Shown here: piece by piece, positions 39,450 through 48,521 of the stretch
Numbering within the stretch: position 1 is the stretch's first letter
How the letters are laid out: the number at the start of each line of letters is the position of its first letter
Virus record (IMG/VR): IMGVR_UViG_3300042293_000428
Coordinates: 1-55,559 of that record
Length of the DNA: 55,559 bases
Strand: one strand, 5' to 3'
From: a virus
Taxonomy: Duplodnaviria > Caudoviricetes
Position numbers and translations under genes: made by a program
Notes under the pieces: model-generated
Seen by the model: the letters and a program-made list of their open reading frames with translations, nothing else
Told to the model about the DNA's origin: nothing
Database searches by the model: none

Positions 39450-39465
39450 AATAAAACTTTTTATT

Positions 39466-39942
39466 TTACTTCTTCCATTCTTTATATAAATGTTGGTACT
39501 TATCGTTGGTTTTTAAGTAATGTGACAATAGTCTTGATGTAAGTCTTGAAGGTTTAAAATACCAAAGGTCTGAGTTTTTGAATCGTGCTGATGGTTTAAA
39601 CCACATCCAACCAAAAAAGTATCCTTCTGTATGATAATTAAAGTTATATATAACCTTTCCTTTTTGTTTAGTTTTTTGCCAGTCAATAGGAAGATTGATA
39701 AACTCCTTCCCATCTATGCCTTTCATTTTTCTTCTTTTCTTTTTATTGATAGAGAACTCACCAAAACCATAAGGAAGTTTTGCTTTATCTCCTGTCTCTA
39801 AAATATATTCTTTAAACAATTCATTATATGTGTAGATTATATTTCTCCATACATCATATGTAAGTTGTGTAGATGGGTGTTTTTTACAAAACAAGTTGTA
39901 ATTATCTTTACTGGAAGATCTCCAATCTACTTTTACTCTCAT
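39466..39942 (-). CDS. IHF/HU-like basic DNA-binding protein of the crAss-like tail block
   Basis: G.KAKLPYGFGEFSI.KKKRR...IDW..T...YNFN.HT.GY...FKPSR; start MRVKVDW at 39942, 4 nt after the upstream stop. Confidence 0.7.
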   Translation of the reverse strand: MRVKVDWRSSSKDNYNLFCKKHPSTQLTYDVWRNIIYTYNELFKEYILETGDKAKLPYGFGEFSINKKKRRKMKGIDGKEFINLPIDWQKTKQKGKVIYNFNYHTEGYFFGWMWFKPSARFKNSDLWYFKPSRLTSRLLSHYLKTNDKYQHLYKEWKK

Positions 39943-39946
39943 GAAT

Positions 39947-40675
39947 TTAGTTAGTTGGTTTTGAATTAGGAGCTTGTCCATCTATTCCTTCTTGACTAAT
40001 ATCACTCTTAATATTGAAGTAGGTAGATAATAGTTTTTTAGATGTAAGTTCTAACACTTGTTGTTCAAGATAACCAGGAAGAGCAAACTCTTTGTCTAAA
40101 GGATTTTTACAAATCTCATCAATAGTATATTCTGGTGTACCACATCCACACTCAGGATACATAAGATCATTGCTTACATCTTCTTCAAAGAAAGCTACAA
40201 ATCTAATTGCTCTAAGCATTGGATTGTTTACATATAGATATCCATTAGTTATCCAGAAGTATTCTTCATTCTTAATTACAGGAAGTTTAAGTAAGTTTAA
40301 ATATCTATTGATACTAATTTCTTTTAACTTTTTTCCTTTACCACTCATGGCATTAATAGAATAAACTCCTTGTATTACATATTGATAGTTTCCTTCTGAT
40401 ATACGTGGAAGTTTAAACTTAGTTCTAGCTATAGAACATTCATCTACATAATCACAACATTCAGAAATAGATACTTCACACATCTCAAGACATGGTATAG
40501 TGGTAAAAAGTGTGTCGGTAGCCCAAAGCTTTCTAAGATTGGTTTCACGTTTAATAAGCAATAAAGAATTATTTCTTACTTCGCTAGCTATTGCACGGTC
40601 AGTTATTAAACTGTCCGTACTTAATATTTTATGCACTGAACGTACATCACTTACTAATTTCCTTAATGTTGCCAT
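39947..40675 (-). CDS. Putative tail ring protein
   Basis: 242 aa, Cys-containing; NGYLYV...FE...C..PLD.EF..P pattern; position before the IHF-like gene. Confidence 0.6.
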   Translation of the reverse strand: MATLRKLVSDVRSVHKILSTDSLITDRAIASEVRNNSLLLIKRETNLRKLWATDTLFTTIPCLEMCEVSISECCDYVDECSIARTKFKLPRISEGNYQYVIQGVYSINAMSGKGKKLKEISINRYLNLLKLPVIKNEEYFWITNGYLYVNNPMLRAIRFVAFFEEDVSNDLMYPECGCGTPEYTIDEICKNPLDKEFALPGYLEQQVLELTSKKLLSTYFNIKSDISQEGIDGQAPNSKPTN

Positions 40676-40678
40676 AAT

Positions 40679-41902
40679 TTATATTCTTTCTTCGAACTCA
40701 CATATCTTGCCTAGTTTAGTATCATATACTAAAGCTAATGCAGCTCTAACTGAGTGTACAAAATTATTATCTAAGTGCCAACGGTCTGTACCAGACAAAC
40801 TGGGCATTTGTTGTATTCTCACTCCTTTAATTTCTTTAGCCATATAGTGATGTTTATCTCCTGTATGGATTTCTCTGTATTTAGCATTACCAAAGAAATG
40901 ACTATATTCTGGATGTGTTGCAAACAATAATGGTAAATCATCTATTTTGCAATTACCATGATGCCATCCTATAAATGTATTACCTACAACTTTTGCTTTA
41001 ATTACACTGTGATGTCTTATAAAATCTACATCATAATCATCTTTAAAATATACATCTAACGCATGTGCTAAATAAAATGATTTAGTTCTATCGTGATTAC
41101 CTTGTACAAGAACAACTGTAACATTACTACAATGTTGTCTTAGCATATTAATTGTATCTACAAGTACTGAAAATCCTAATTCATATTCAGAATGATATTC
41201 AAGAATTGTATCTTGTGGAGTACCATTTGTAGTTTGGTTTTGAATATTATCAGTATGAAAAAAATCATTTGATATAGGAAGAATAATAGTGTCTATGTTG
41301 TAGTTAGCTCTCACCTTCCGAACTAATGATTGTGCTATATTAAAGTATCTTCTAGCTCTGTCTGCTGGGTCATTGTCTCCATCTATAGTTCTTTTAGCTA
41401 AATGATAATCAGCTATTGATATTTCTATATCTACATGATCTTTATTAGGATCAATTAATACTTCATTAACTGGTATATTATTTGGTGTGTAGTTTTCTAA
41501 AAACTTAGCAAAGTCTTCAGGAGAGTAATCTTTTGCTTCTTTTCTTTTTGAAAAGACTGAGGAAGTAAAGTTTCCTCCTGGTAGTAGTTTAGACCAATAG
41601 TTTGTAATAACATATTTGTCTAGATTTATTTTATGTAGCTTAGCTAACTCAATATCATCTTTAGGTTCAAATGTACTAGTGATGGTACTTTCTATTGTTC
41701 CTTTTTCAACATTCACTTTTCTAATTTCTCCTGTAGAAGTGTTAAGTTCTATTGGAGATTCATTATCTTTTTCTTTAAGTTCTTTAAGAAGCTCATTCAC
41801 TTCAAATTCACTTATTCCTAATCTTTCAGCATAAAACTTTTTACTTTTCTTTTGCCTTAATAACTCTTCTAACTTGAACAATAAATCTTGATTCTCAGCC
41901 AT
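40679..41902 (-). CDS. Calcineurin-like metallophosphoesterase with N-terminal HTH
   Basis: ADYH, NDFFH, QGNHD, HHG and GDKHH motifs; YAERLGISEFEV HTH. Confidence 0.88.
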   Translation of the reverse strand: MAENQDLLFKLEELLRQKKSKKFYAERLGISEFEVNELLKELKEKDNESPIELNTSTGEIRKVNVEKGTIESTITSTFEPKDDIELAKLHKINLDKYVITNYWSKLLPGGNFTSSVFSKRKEAKDYSPEDFAKFLENYTPNNIPVNEVLIDPNKDHVDIEISIADYHLAKRTIDGDNDPADRARRYFNIAQSLVRKVRANYNIDTIILPISNDFFHTDNIQNQTTNGTPQDTILEYHSEYELGFSVLVDTINMLRQHCSNVTVVLVQGNHDRTKSFYLAHALDVYFKDDYDVDFIRHHSVIKAKVVGNTFIGWHHGNCKIDDLPLLFATHPEYSHFFGNAKYREIHTGDKHHYMAKEIKGVRIQQMPSLSGTDRWHLDNNFVHSVRAALALVYDTKLGKICEFEERI

Positions 41903-41930
41903 ATGTAGTGTAATTTACTTAAAATTAGGG

Positions 41931-42009
41931 TAAAGATAAAAATAGTTTTCATACTATCCAAATAAATTTAATTAAATAGATTATTCTTTATAACTAAAAT
42001 AGTTATAAA
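41931..42009 (-). promoter_or_regulatory. Promoter TTTG-N20-TATCTTTA with upstream 27-bp palindromic site (41983-42009)
   Basis: -33/-7 spacing of 20; perfect inverted repeat TTTATAACTA-N3-TAGTTATAAA. Confidence 0.65.
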
Positions 42010-42039
42010 ACAAAAACCTCCTAAGAATATCTTAAGAGG
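42007..42039 (-). terminator. Intrinsic terminator after the tail accessory genes
   Basis: CCTCTTAAGA-tat-TCTTAGGAGG stem (one G-U pair) followed by TTTTTGTTTT. Confidence 0.75.
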
Positions 42040-42076
42040 AAAACATAGAAAACCAACAAACTATGATTTTTTTATA

Positions 42077-42859
42077 TTATAATATTATTGTTGTAGTAGT
42101 AGTTGTAGTGGGACATGCTCTAATTGAATACCACGCTGTACCAGCAGAACCCCCAGTAGCTCTGATTGTAGCTATAGGATTAATTAAATAATCTGCAGAT
42201 GTGTATTTCCACCATACAATTTGATCATAAGTCACACCACTTATAGTCATATTAGGAATATCATATCCTGTATCAATAGTAAATTCTGATTGTCTTGTAG
42301 GAGCAACTCCTTTATTAGTTCCTATAAATTGATCTACTGGTAAATTTGGATCATTTGGTAACAAATTATCAGGAGGAGTTCCCCAAATATTATCAAATAC
42401 ATTATTATTAGTTGTAGCAGTCATAGAAGTTGTAGACTTTTTGTTTACTCCTCCATTTTCTGGAAGTCCATGATAAATCTCTAGTTTATCAACTTGTCCT
42501 AGTGGATCAAAAAGAAAAGTAATAACTCCACCATCTGGATCTAAATTAACGTATTGATCTTTCAATTCAAGTCCTCCAGAATCAGTAGTTCCTTCACAAG
42601 GAACACTTGGAACAAGTGTTGTAGTGGTGGTAGTTGTAGTTCCTACTAATGTAATATCTATATAGTTTACACAATCCCCTGTAGACTTAACTCTAATAAT
42701 AGTTGCAAAATCTGGGACTGCGGAAGAAGCATACCCTGCAAGTAATGCAGATTTGCTTACTCCTGTTGCAAATGCTGATACATATCCATCAAGATTTGTA
42801 TATAAATCAAAGGGTCCTGAATCTGCCCCTGCTGTTGTTAATGTTATTAATACTGTCAT
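42077..42859 (-). CDS. Putative virion decoration protein: adaptor domain, poly-Thr, beta domain, poly-Thr
   Basis: N-terminal GPF...GVSK..L..G...I.VKS.GDC domain shared with 31739..32605; T8 and T7 runs. Confidence 0.6.
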   Translation of the reverse strand: MTVLITLTTAGADSGPFDLYTNLDGYVSAFATGVSKSALLAGYASSAVPDFATIIRVKSTGDCVNYIDITLVGTTTTTTTTLVPSVPCEGTTDSGGLELKDQYVNLDPDGGVITFLFDPLGQVDKLEIYHGLPENGGVNKKSTTSMTATTNNNVFDNIWGTPPDNLLPNDPNLPVDQFIGTNKGVAPTRQSEFTIDTGYDIPNMTISGVTYDQIVWWKYTSADYLINPIATIRATGGSAGTAWYSIRACPTTTTTTTIIL

Positions 42860-42871
42860 GTTGGTTTATTT

Positions 42872-45800
42872 TTAAGTCCAAGTTGTTAATGCTGATCTAA
42901 CCCAGGTGTCTGTTGCTACACAAACATAAATAAATCCTGAAGTTACCCTTATCTCTCCAAGGGTTCCTGTTGAGGTTGCACTTGCTGGAGCTATGTTTAA
43001 AGCACTTAATTTGTATTGTGTTGTAACAGCACTACCGTTTATCTGTAACTTGTCTACTCCATTATCAACTGATGTGTTTATACCAATGTTACCATTTGAA
43101 TTAATACGAAGAGCATCTGTACTAGATGAATTTATTAAAAACCTATGGAAAGTATTTGTGTTGTAAATTGCAGAACTACTAACTGCAGTATCTATACCCA
43201 TATTCAGGAACCCTGTTCCATCAAACGTTTGAAAAAATGGAGTATTTGCAGTTTGTAATAAAATATTTGTTCCATTGTCTCTGAGTATACCATTTTTTAT
43301 TGAGTTAGTACCCATTGCAACTGGCATTATTCCAGTGGTTAATGTTCCTGTAATTACATCTTTGTTGTTTTGTTTAACAAATTCACTCCAAGTATTTTCG
43401 TTAATTTTATGTCTTACAAATACAGTTTCATACCCATCACTAGTTATTAATTCCTGTAAAACAGTATCTTCTTCTGTACGCTTTGTTTTTAAAATAACGT
43501 TTCTTGAGCCATCATTATATTCATTTAACGAATCTCCATAAGGAAATCCTTTTGGTAAAATGCCTATTGTAATTATAGCTAAATTATTCATTCTGTCTAT
43601 ATTAGAAAGCATCGTGCCTACTAAATTACCAGTAACTCGGTTGTTGTTGCATTTGTTATTCCCTACTTCTTCGTGAGTTAGATTAAAATTCCCATTGAGG
43701 ACGTAACTTATATTTGAAGTATCAGAATCATCAAACCAGTTTCCTGTTAAGTCTACAATTCCACCTCTAGTAGTATCGGTTATACAGTGTTGTTGAGGAT
43801 TTATAAATTTGTTATCTTTAATAGTAATAAATTTAGAACTAGTTTCAATTTTAAGGCCGTCTACACCAGTCATGTTTTTAATCGTGTTCTCTCTAATTAT
43901 TATATTAGAAGCCCTGTTTATTTGCTCAAAACTAAAAATTACATTTTCATAATAATTATTTTCTATAATAACATCAGATACATTAACTATGTAACCAAAA
44001 CCAGAATTACTAATGTAATTATCTCTAAAAACTACAGATTTTATATTTTTACCGTTTGTTTGTAAATATGTAAGTTGCGAAATAACTGTGAATGATGCAA
44101 ATGTACAATCTACTATTGTATTATTTGAAACAGTAATTTTTGATTGTAACGGACTTGTTTCTGGATAATTTAAGGTGCTATTATTATTTGCTAAAGTAAT
44201 TGCTATTGCTCCTATATTTCCTCCAATATTATAAATTTTATTACCTTTTATTTCGCCTCCCCTTAAAATACTACTTATATAATCAGGTTCTATATCAATC
44301 GCTCCAGGCATATCAGACCTAGTCGTATTCTTTATTTTATTGTAATTAACAGAAAACCCATCGCATGCATAAATAGAAACAGCCTGCCTATTGTCTTTAT
44401 TTACGCCATCAAAAGAATTGTAAATTATATTTACATTTCTATTCATTCTAATGTTTGTAGAACCGACAAGAACATTTGTCACCGCAACTCCATCGCCTAA
44501 AAATCCTATAAATTCACAATTTTTAACCGTAAAATTGCTGACTCCGACTGCACAGATTTGATGGGTTAGCTCGTCAAACTCATCATTAACAACGTCATTT
44601 AAAAAAGTAATACCATCAATAGTTATATCTCTAACAGCTGTACTCTCAAAAGTAGTAACATTTGAAGGAGAGTTTACACCATCGTTAATTAATAAGAATC
44701 CATCAGCTCTTTCATACCTGGCAAAAGACGGAATTGGATACCCACCAACTATTTGCCTAGTTCCTAAAATTTGTTCAAACACAACACCTTTTGAGCCAAT
44801 TAGCGAAATACCGCTGTATTGAGAACCAATTAAATCTAAATGCGTAAACCTATAAGAGTTTTCGCTAGGACTAAACTTTATTTCTTTAATATTAGATGTG
44901 CTTGCAAAGTCAATAGCGTTTTGCAATGCTTCAGTGTTGTCTGTGACTCCGTCCGCTTTTACTCCAAAAATACAAGGATTTATTACATCTACGTTTCTTT
45001 TAAAATATTCAGTGCCCAATTGAAAATAGATAATACCGTCAACTACAGGAGTACCTGTTACTTTCGATAAAGTTATATCTTCTCCTGTGTATTGATCCAA
45101 AATGCCATATAAAACATCTCCTTTTCTTTTTGCCAGAGAAAGAGATTCGTTGGATTTTATCCAATTTTCACCAGAATCTACAGTGTAAGTAAAATCATTA
45201 CCGACTAACAAAAAAGTAATTTTGTATTCAGTTTTATTTGGTAATCCTGTAATCGTAATATCTTGATATGCGGTTCCTCCGTTTAATGTATTTGTTCCAT
45301 AAGGCGTAACTCTCAAGGTTCTTGTTTCGCCTACGGGAATATTTAACATGTTATATTCACCAGTGCATACGTAATTCACCCTTAAATCCCCCATATAGGA
45401 CATCATCGGTATTAAATCCCTAAGATTCAAGTATACAGTTGTTCCTGTTGTTAAATCTTTATATATTTTAAACGTTGGATCGTTTGGCTCTATTGCTGGA
45501 AAATCTTCATTTGGTTTTCCGTAATAATAGTTTGACGTTCTGTCTGTACCATAACCTGATTGGAATTTAACACCTGTTTGCGGAGCAGCGACTTGGATAC
45601 CATCACCCATTAAACAGCCGTTAAAGGTAATCATACTATTTTTTAAAGAATAAACAAACGGTTTATTAGCTGTATTTCCTTCTGTATGTAGCCCTTCAAA
45701 TAAACTTCTAATTGAATATATAGTTTCAGGATTTGATCCATTCATATAAATACCACCAACAACCACATTGGTTCCACATCCTTCTATTTCACCACCATTA

Positions 45801-46951
45801 ACTGTTACTCCATAAGAAGATTGAACTGTAATACTAGAGCCTGCTATAGACCATAAGCGTAATGTTTTATATTCTATAGCTCCATTGTCAGGATGTTTTC
45901 TGTGAAGAACTCCACCTCCTGTATAGTGGTATAATTGTCCTCCATTTGGTAAACTGTAAAAGTTTCCAACATAGTATGTATTTGTCGCTCCAGGTTTTGC
46001 AACGATTGGATATACATTTCCAGCAACAATGATAGTCCCCATATTTGTTAATATAGGCGTAGGCGTTGTTATTTCGCCTATATTATATAATGTTGTATTA
46101 CTAACAAATGCTCCCTTTGTAAACGTAGTTAAGGTTGAACTACTAGTAGAACGAATATCTAATAGATTCCATGCCACTATATTATTATTACCACTTGCTT
46201 CATAATCAACCCCAAGTCCTACATTTGATATATAAACTTTATCAAATGTAGAATTTAATACACCATTTTTTAGAACAATACCTCTTGCAAAACCATCTCT
46301 TTGTATCCCTCTTATAGTTAAACTTCCCGTATGCTTAATAAAAACACTTTGACCATATCCGCCTCCTTGAATAACTAATGCATCTACATTATTTATTGTT
46401 TGCAAAGTACAAACTGTTTCTAATTTTATGCTTTCAGATATTGTTATTGTATCTGATAAAAAATTACCTTCTAATTCTAAAATATCCCCTGAAGTTTGGC
46501 AAAAATTAATAGCAGATTGTATTGCAGATGTATCATTATTTATGCCATCTCCCTTTGCTCCAAATATATATGGATTAATTTTTACTATGTTTCTTCTAAA
46601 ATATTCAGTAACATTATAATTATTAATTAATTGAAAATACATTACTCCATCAACTACTGGCGTTCCTGTTACTTTTGATAAAGTCATTTCTTCGCCTGTA
46701 TACTGGTCTAATATACCATATAGTACATTACCATTTCTTTGGGCTAAAGAAAGAGGTTCATTAGATTTTATAAATTGGTTTGCTTCTGGTATTGCTGTTA
46801 TAGCAGCATCTAGTTTTTGTACTGCTACAGAAATAGTATCATTGTTTTGAATACCTGTATTAGGTAAGTTTGCTCCAACATAGCAAACAGAAGTTGACGG
46901 TGTACATTGTACACATCCACAAGAAGAATCATGATTTAAAGATGTAAACAT
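42872..46951 (-). CDS. Tail spike / depolymerase with two tandem right-handed beta-helix modules
   Basis: Two pectate-lyase-3-like starts (FGAKGDGINNDTSAIQSAI; FGVKADGVTDNTEALQNAI), Asn-ladder repeats, GAIDIEPD. Confidence 0.85.
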   Translation of the reverse strand: MFTSLNHDSSCGCVQCTPSTSVCYVGANLPNTGIQNNDTISVAVQKLDAAITAIPEANQFIKSNEPLSLAQRNGNVLYGILDQYTGEEMTLSKVTGTPVVDGVMYFQLINNYNVTEYFRRNIVKINPYIFGAKGDGINNDTSAIQSAINFCQTSGDILELEGNFLSDTITISESIKLETVCTLQTINNVDALVIQGGGYGQSVFIKHTGSLTIRGIQRDGFARGIVLKNGVLNSTFDKVYISNVGLGVDYEASGNNNIVAWNLLDIRSTSSSTLTTFTKGAFVSNTTLYNIGEITTPTPILTNMGTIIVAGNVYPIVAKPGATNTYYVGNFYSLPNGGQLYHYTGGGVLHRKHPDNGAIEYKTLRLWSIAGSSITVQSSYGVTVNGGEIEGCGTNVVVGGIYMNGSNPETIYSIRSLFEGLHTEGNTANKPFVYSLKNSMITFNGCLMGDGIQVAAPQTGVKFQSGYGTDRTSNYYYGKPNEDFPAIEPNDPTFKIYKDLTTGTTVYLNLRDLIPMMSYMGDLRVNYVCTGEYNMLNIPVGETRTLRVTPYGTNTLNGGTAYQDITITGLPNKTEYKITFLLVGNDFTYTVDSGENWIKSNESLSLAKRKGDVLYGILDQYTGEDITLSKVTGTPVVDGIIYFQLGTEYFKRNVDVINPCIFGVKADGVTDNTEALQNAIDFASTSNIKEIKFSPSENSYRFTHLDLIGSQYSGISLIGSKGVVFEQILGTRQIVGGYPIPSFARYERADGFLLINDGVNSPSNVTTFESTAVRDITIDGITFLNDVVNDEFDELTHQICAVGVSNFTVKNCEFIGFLGDGVAVTNVLVGSTNIRMNRNVNIIYNSFDGVNKDNRQAVSIYACDGFSVNYNKIKNTTRSDMPGAIDIEPDYISSILRGGEIKGNKIYNIGGNIGAIAITLANNNSTLNYPETSPLQSKITVSNNTIVDCTFASFTVISQLTYLQTNGKNIKSVVFRDNYISNSGFGYIVNVSDVIIENNYYENVIFSFEQINRASNIIIRENTIKNMTGVDGLKIETSSKFITIKDNKFINPQQHCITDTTRGGIVDLTGNWFDDSDTSNISYVLNGNFNLTHEEVGNNKCNNNRVTGNLVGTMLSNIDRMNNLAIITIGILPKGFPYGDSLNEYNDGSRNVILKTKRTEEDTVLQELITSDGYETVFVRHKINENTWSEFVKQNNKDVITGTLTTGIMPVAMGTNSIKNGILRDNGTNILLQTANTPFFQTFDGTGFLNMGIDTAVSSSAIYNTNTFHRFLINSSSTDALRINSNGNIGINTSVDNGVDKLQINGSAVTTQYKLSALNIAPASATSTGTLGEIRVTSGFIYVCVATDTWVRSALTTWT
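44905..46780 (-). repeat. Internal duplication of ~90 aa in the spike gene (~46780-46500 and ~45165-44905)
   Basis: IKSNE.LSLA.R.G.VLYGILDQYTGE..TLSKVTGTPVVDG..YFQL...EYF.RN occurs twice. Confidence 0.9.
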
Positions 46952-46952
46952 A

Positions 46953-48065
46953 TTATAAAGGTATATAAATTATGTAATAAAGAGAAATAACTGGTTGAAT
47001 ATTTGAATGAGGTAGTCCACCTCCTGTAGATGATATAGTTACAGGATGTGTATGTATACCATTAGCTGTGGTTAATCCTGCTGTTCCTTCAAGAGTATCA
47101 CTAATATATGGAGTTTCTGCATATAAAGTACCTGTACCAGCACTCCCATACTTTGTATTATGAGTATGTTCTCCTGCAGCAACTGTAGCTCCTAAATGAG
47201 TATGTGCAGGAAGTTGCGTTTCATTTAAAGTAACTTGATTTGCTCCAAATGTAGTAATACCTTTTGCATTATAATCAGGGTTACCATTAAGTCCTGGTTG
47301 AGTTTGTGATGGAAAACTTGCATTAAGCATTGATGTAACTCCTACAGGAACTCGTCCTCTTAAATCTGGTGTTGAATTTAATCCATTACATAAAAATATT
47401 CTGTCCCAATCTCCTGTTCCTGCACCTGTACCATTAAAATGTGATAAATCTCCATAATAAGGAAGAATAGAATAAGGAACCATTTTAGAACTAACTAATG
47501 TAGAAGTTCCTGTACTAGCTAAATATGCAGCAATGTAATTATTTAAAGGTTCTCCTTTAGGTACATAATTTGTTTCAAGGTCAAGTGCAAGAGCAACTAA
47601 ATCAACTTGTATTGCACAAACTTTATTTATTACAGCTTGTACAATAGCATGTGTATCTGAAGAAGCAGTTACACCTGTTAAGCATGGTGTAAATGTTGGA
47701 CTAGGACCTATTGGTATTGTATAATCAGCATTTAATATTGCAAGCTCTGCATCAATTGCATCAACTTGTTCTTGAAGATCACAAGCAGCTTGTACAAGTG
47801 CTTTTGATATATCTACAATTGTTAAATCTCCACAAGTTGGAAGATATTTCTGTACAACAGTACATACATCTATATTACCAAGATCTATTTTTATCCCAGT
47901 TCCATTCAATGTAGAAAGAAGAAAAGAAATCAAAGCTTGTTCTACAAATGATAATGTATCACCTGTTTGAATTCCTAATGTAGGAATATTTATTCCTGTA
48001 TATTTTACACATCTGTCAGAGACAATCTCTGTACATCCGTTGTAACAATTTGTGCAATTAGACAT
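46953..48065 (-). CDS. Tail fibre protein with phage tail-collar domain
   Basis: FLCNG..STPDLRGRVPVG, LPAHTH, AGEHTH, GIHTH, GGGLPHSNIQP...YYII; Cys-rich N-terminus. Confidence 0.85.
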   Translation of the reverse strand: MSNCTNCYNGCTEIVSDRCVKYTGINIPTLGIQTGDTLSFVEQALISFLLSTLNGTGIKIDLGNIDVCTVVQKYLPTCGDLTIVDISKALVQAACDLQEQVDAIDAELAILNADYTIPIGPSPTFTPCLTGVTASSDTHAIVQAVINKVCAIQVDLVALALDLETNYVPKGEPLNNYIAAYLASTGTSTLVSSKMVPYSILPYYGDLSHFNGTGAGTGDWDRIFLCNGLNSTPDLRGRVPVGVTSMLNASFPSQTQPGLNGNPDYNAKGITTFGANQVTLNETQLPAHTHLGATVAAGEHTHNTKYGSAGTGTLYAETPYISDTLEGTAGLTTANGIHTHPVTISSTGGGLPHSNIQPVISLYYIIYIPL

Positions 48066-48077
48066 ATTATATTTATT

Positions 48078-48425
48078 TTATAGTGTTGTTGTTGGACAAG
48101 GAGTAGTAGTAGTGGTTGTTGTCACTCTCACTTCAGGTGTAAATACAGGAGCAATTGTACAACCTGCAGTTAATATATTAACTCTACTTGTAATTTTTTT
48201 TATAGATACATCACACATGTAATCATGATTACATTGTTTATATGTAAGTATTCTTTTATATGTTATTAATCGAATCATTGCACCAGCTGGTACAGATTGA
48301 TTTAACATATATGTAATATTATTATATAGACCATTAGCATATTCTGCTAACTTACAATCTATTGATTTAAGTAAATTAGGAATATCTGTACAGTTGATAC
48401 AATTATTTAGTCTAGGTAATAGCAT
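48078..48425 (-). CDS. Small Cys-containing structural protein with poly-Thr tail
   Basis: Start MLLPRL at 48425 preferred, 4 nt after the stop of the 29-aa ORF; C-terminal TTTTTTTPCPTTTL. Confidence 0.65.
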   Translation of the reverse strand: MLLPRLNNCINCTDIPNLLKSIDCKLAEYANGLYNNITYMLNQSVPAGAMIRLITYKRILTYKQCNHDYMCDVSIKKITSRVNILTAGCTIAPVFTPEVRVTTTTTTTPCPTTTL

Positions 48426-48429
48426 ATTA

Positions 48430-48519
48430 TTATTTTTTAGCTGCGCATGCTGCACATAATCCATTTTTTAACTGACATCCACACCCCACATTTGCTCCAC
48501 ACCCATTACATTGTGCCAT
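48430..48519 (-). CDS. 29-aa six-cysteine peptide MAQCNGCGANVGCGCQLKNGLCAACAAKK; not in the ORF track
   Basis: ATG at 48519-48517, 2 nt after the upstream TAA; TAA at 48432-48430; fills the intergenic gap exactly. Confidence 0.75.
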   Translation of the reverse strand: MAQCNGCGANVGCGCQLKNGLCAACAAKK

Positions 48520-48521
48520 AA

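Noticed and set aside
39477-39486. Half copy of the class B site (attctttata) upstream of the HNH promoter
   Set aside because: It lies in coding sequence (YKEW), lacks the second half-site, and has different spacing (52 versus 45); probably chance in AT-rich DNA.
3451-43030. Diversity-generating retroelement template/variable repeat pair (3451-3600 versus 42875-43030)
   Set aside because: Differences are not adenine-specific, both copies are coding, and no reverse transcriptase is present in the window; ordinary paralogy fits better.
48426-48464. Track start of the 48078..48464 ORF (also upstream starts at 39981, 3327 and 32611)
   Set aside because: These extensions overlap a neighbouring gene or promoter; downstream ATGs give the tight spacing seen throughout the window.
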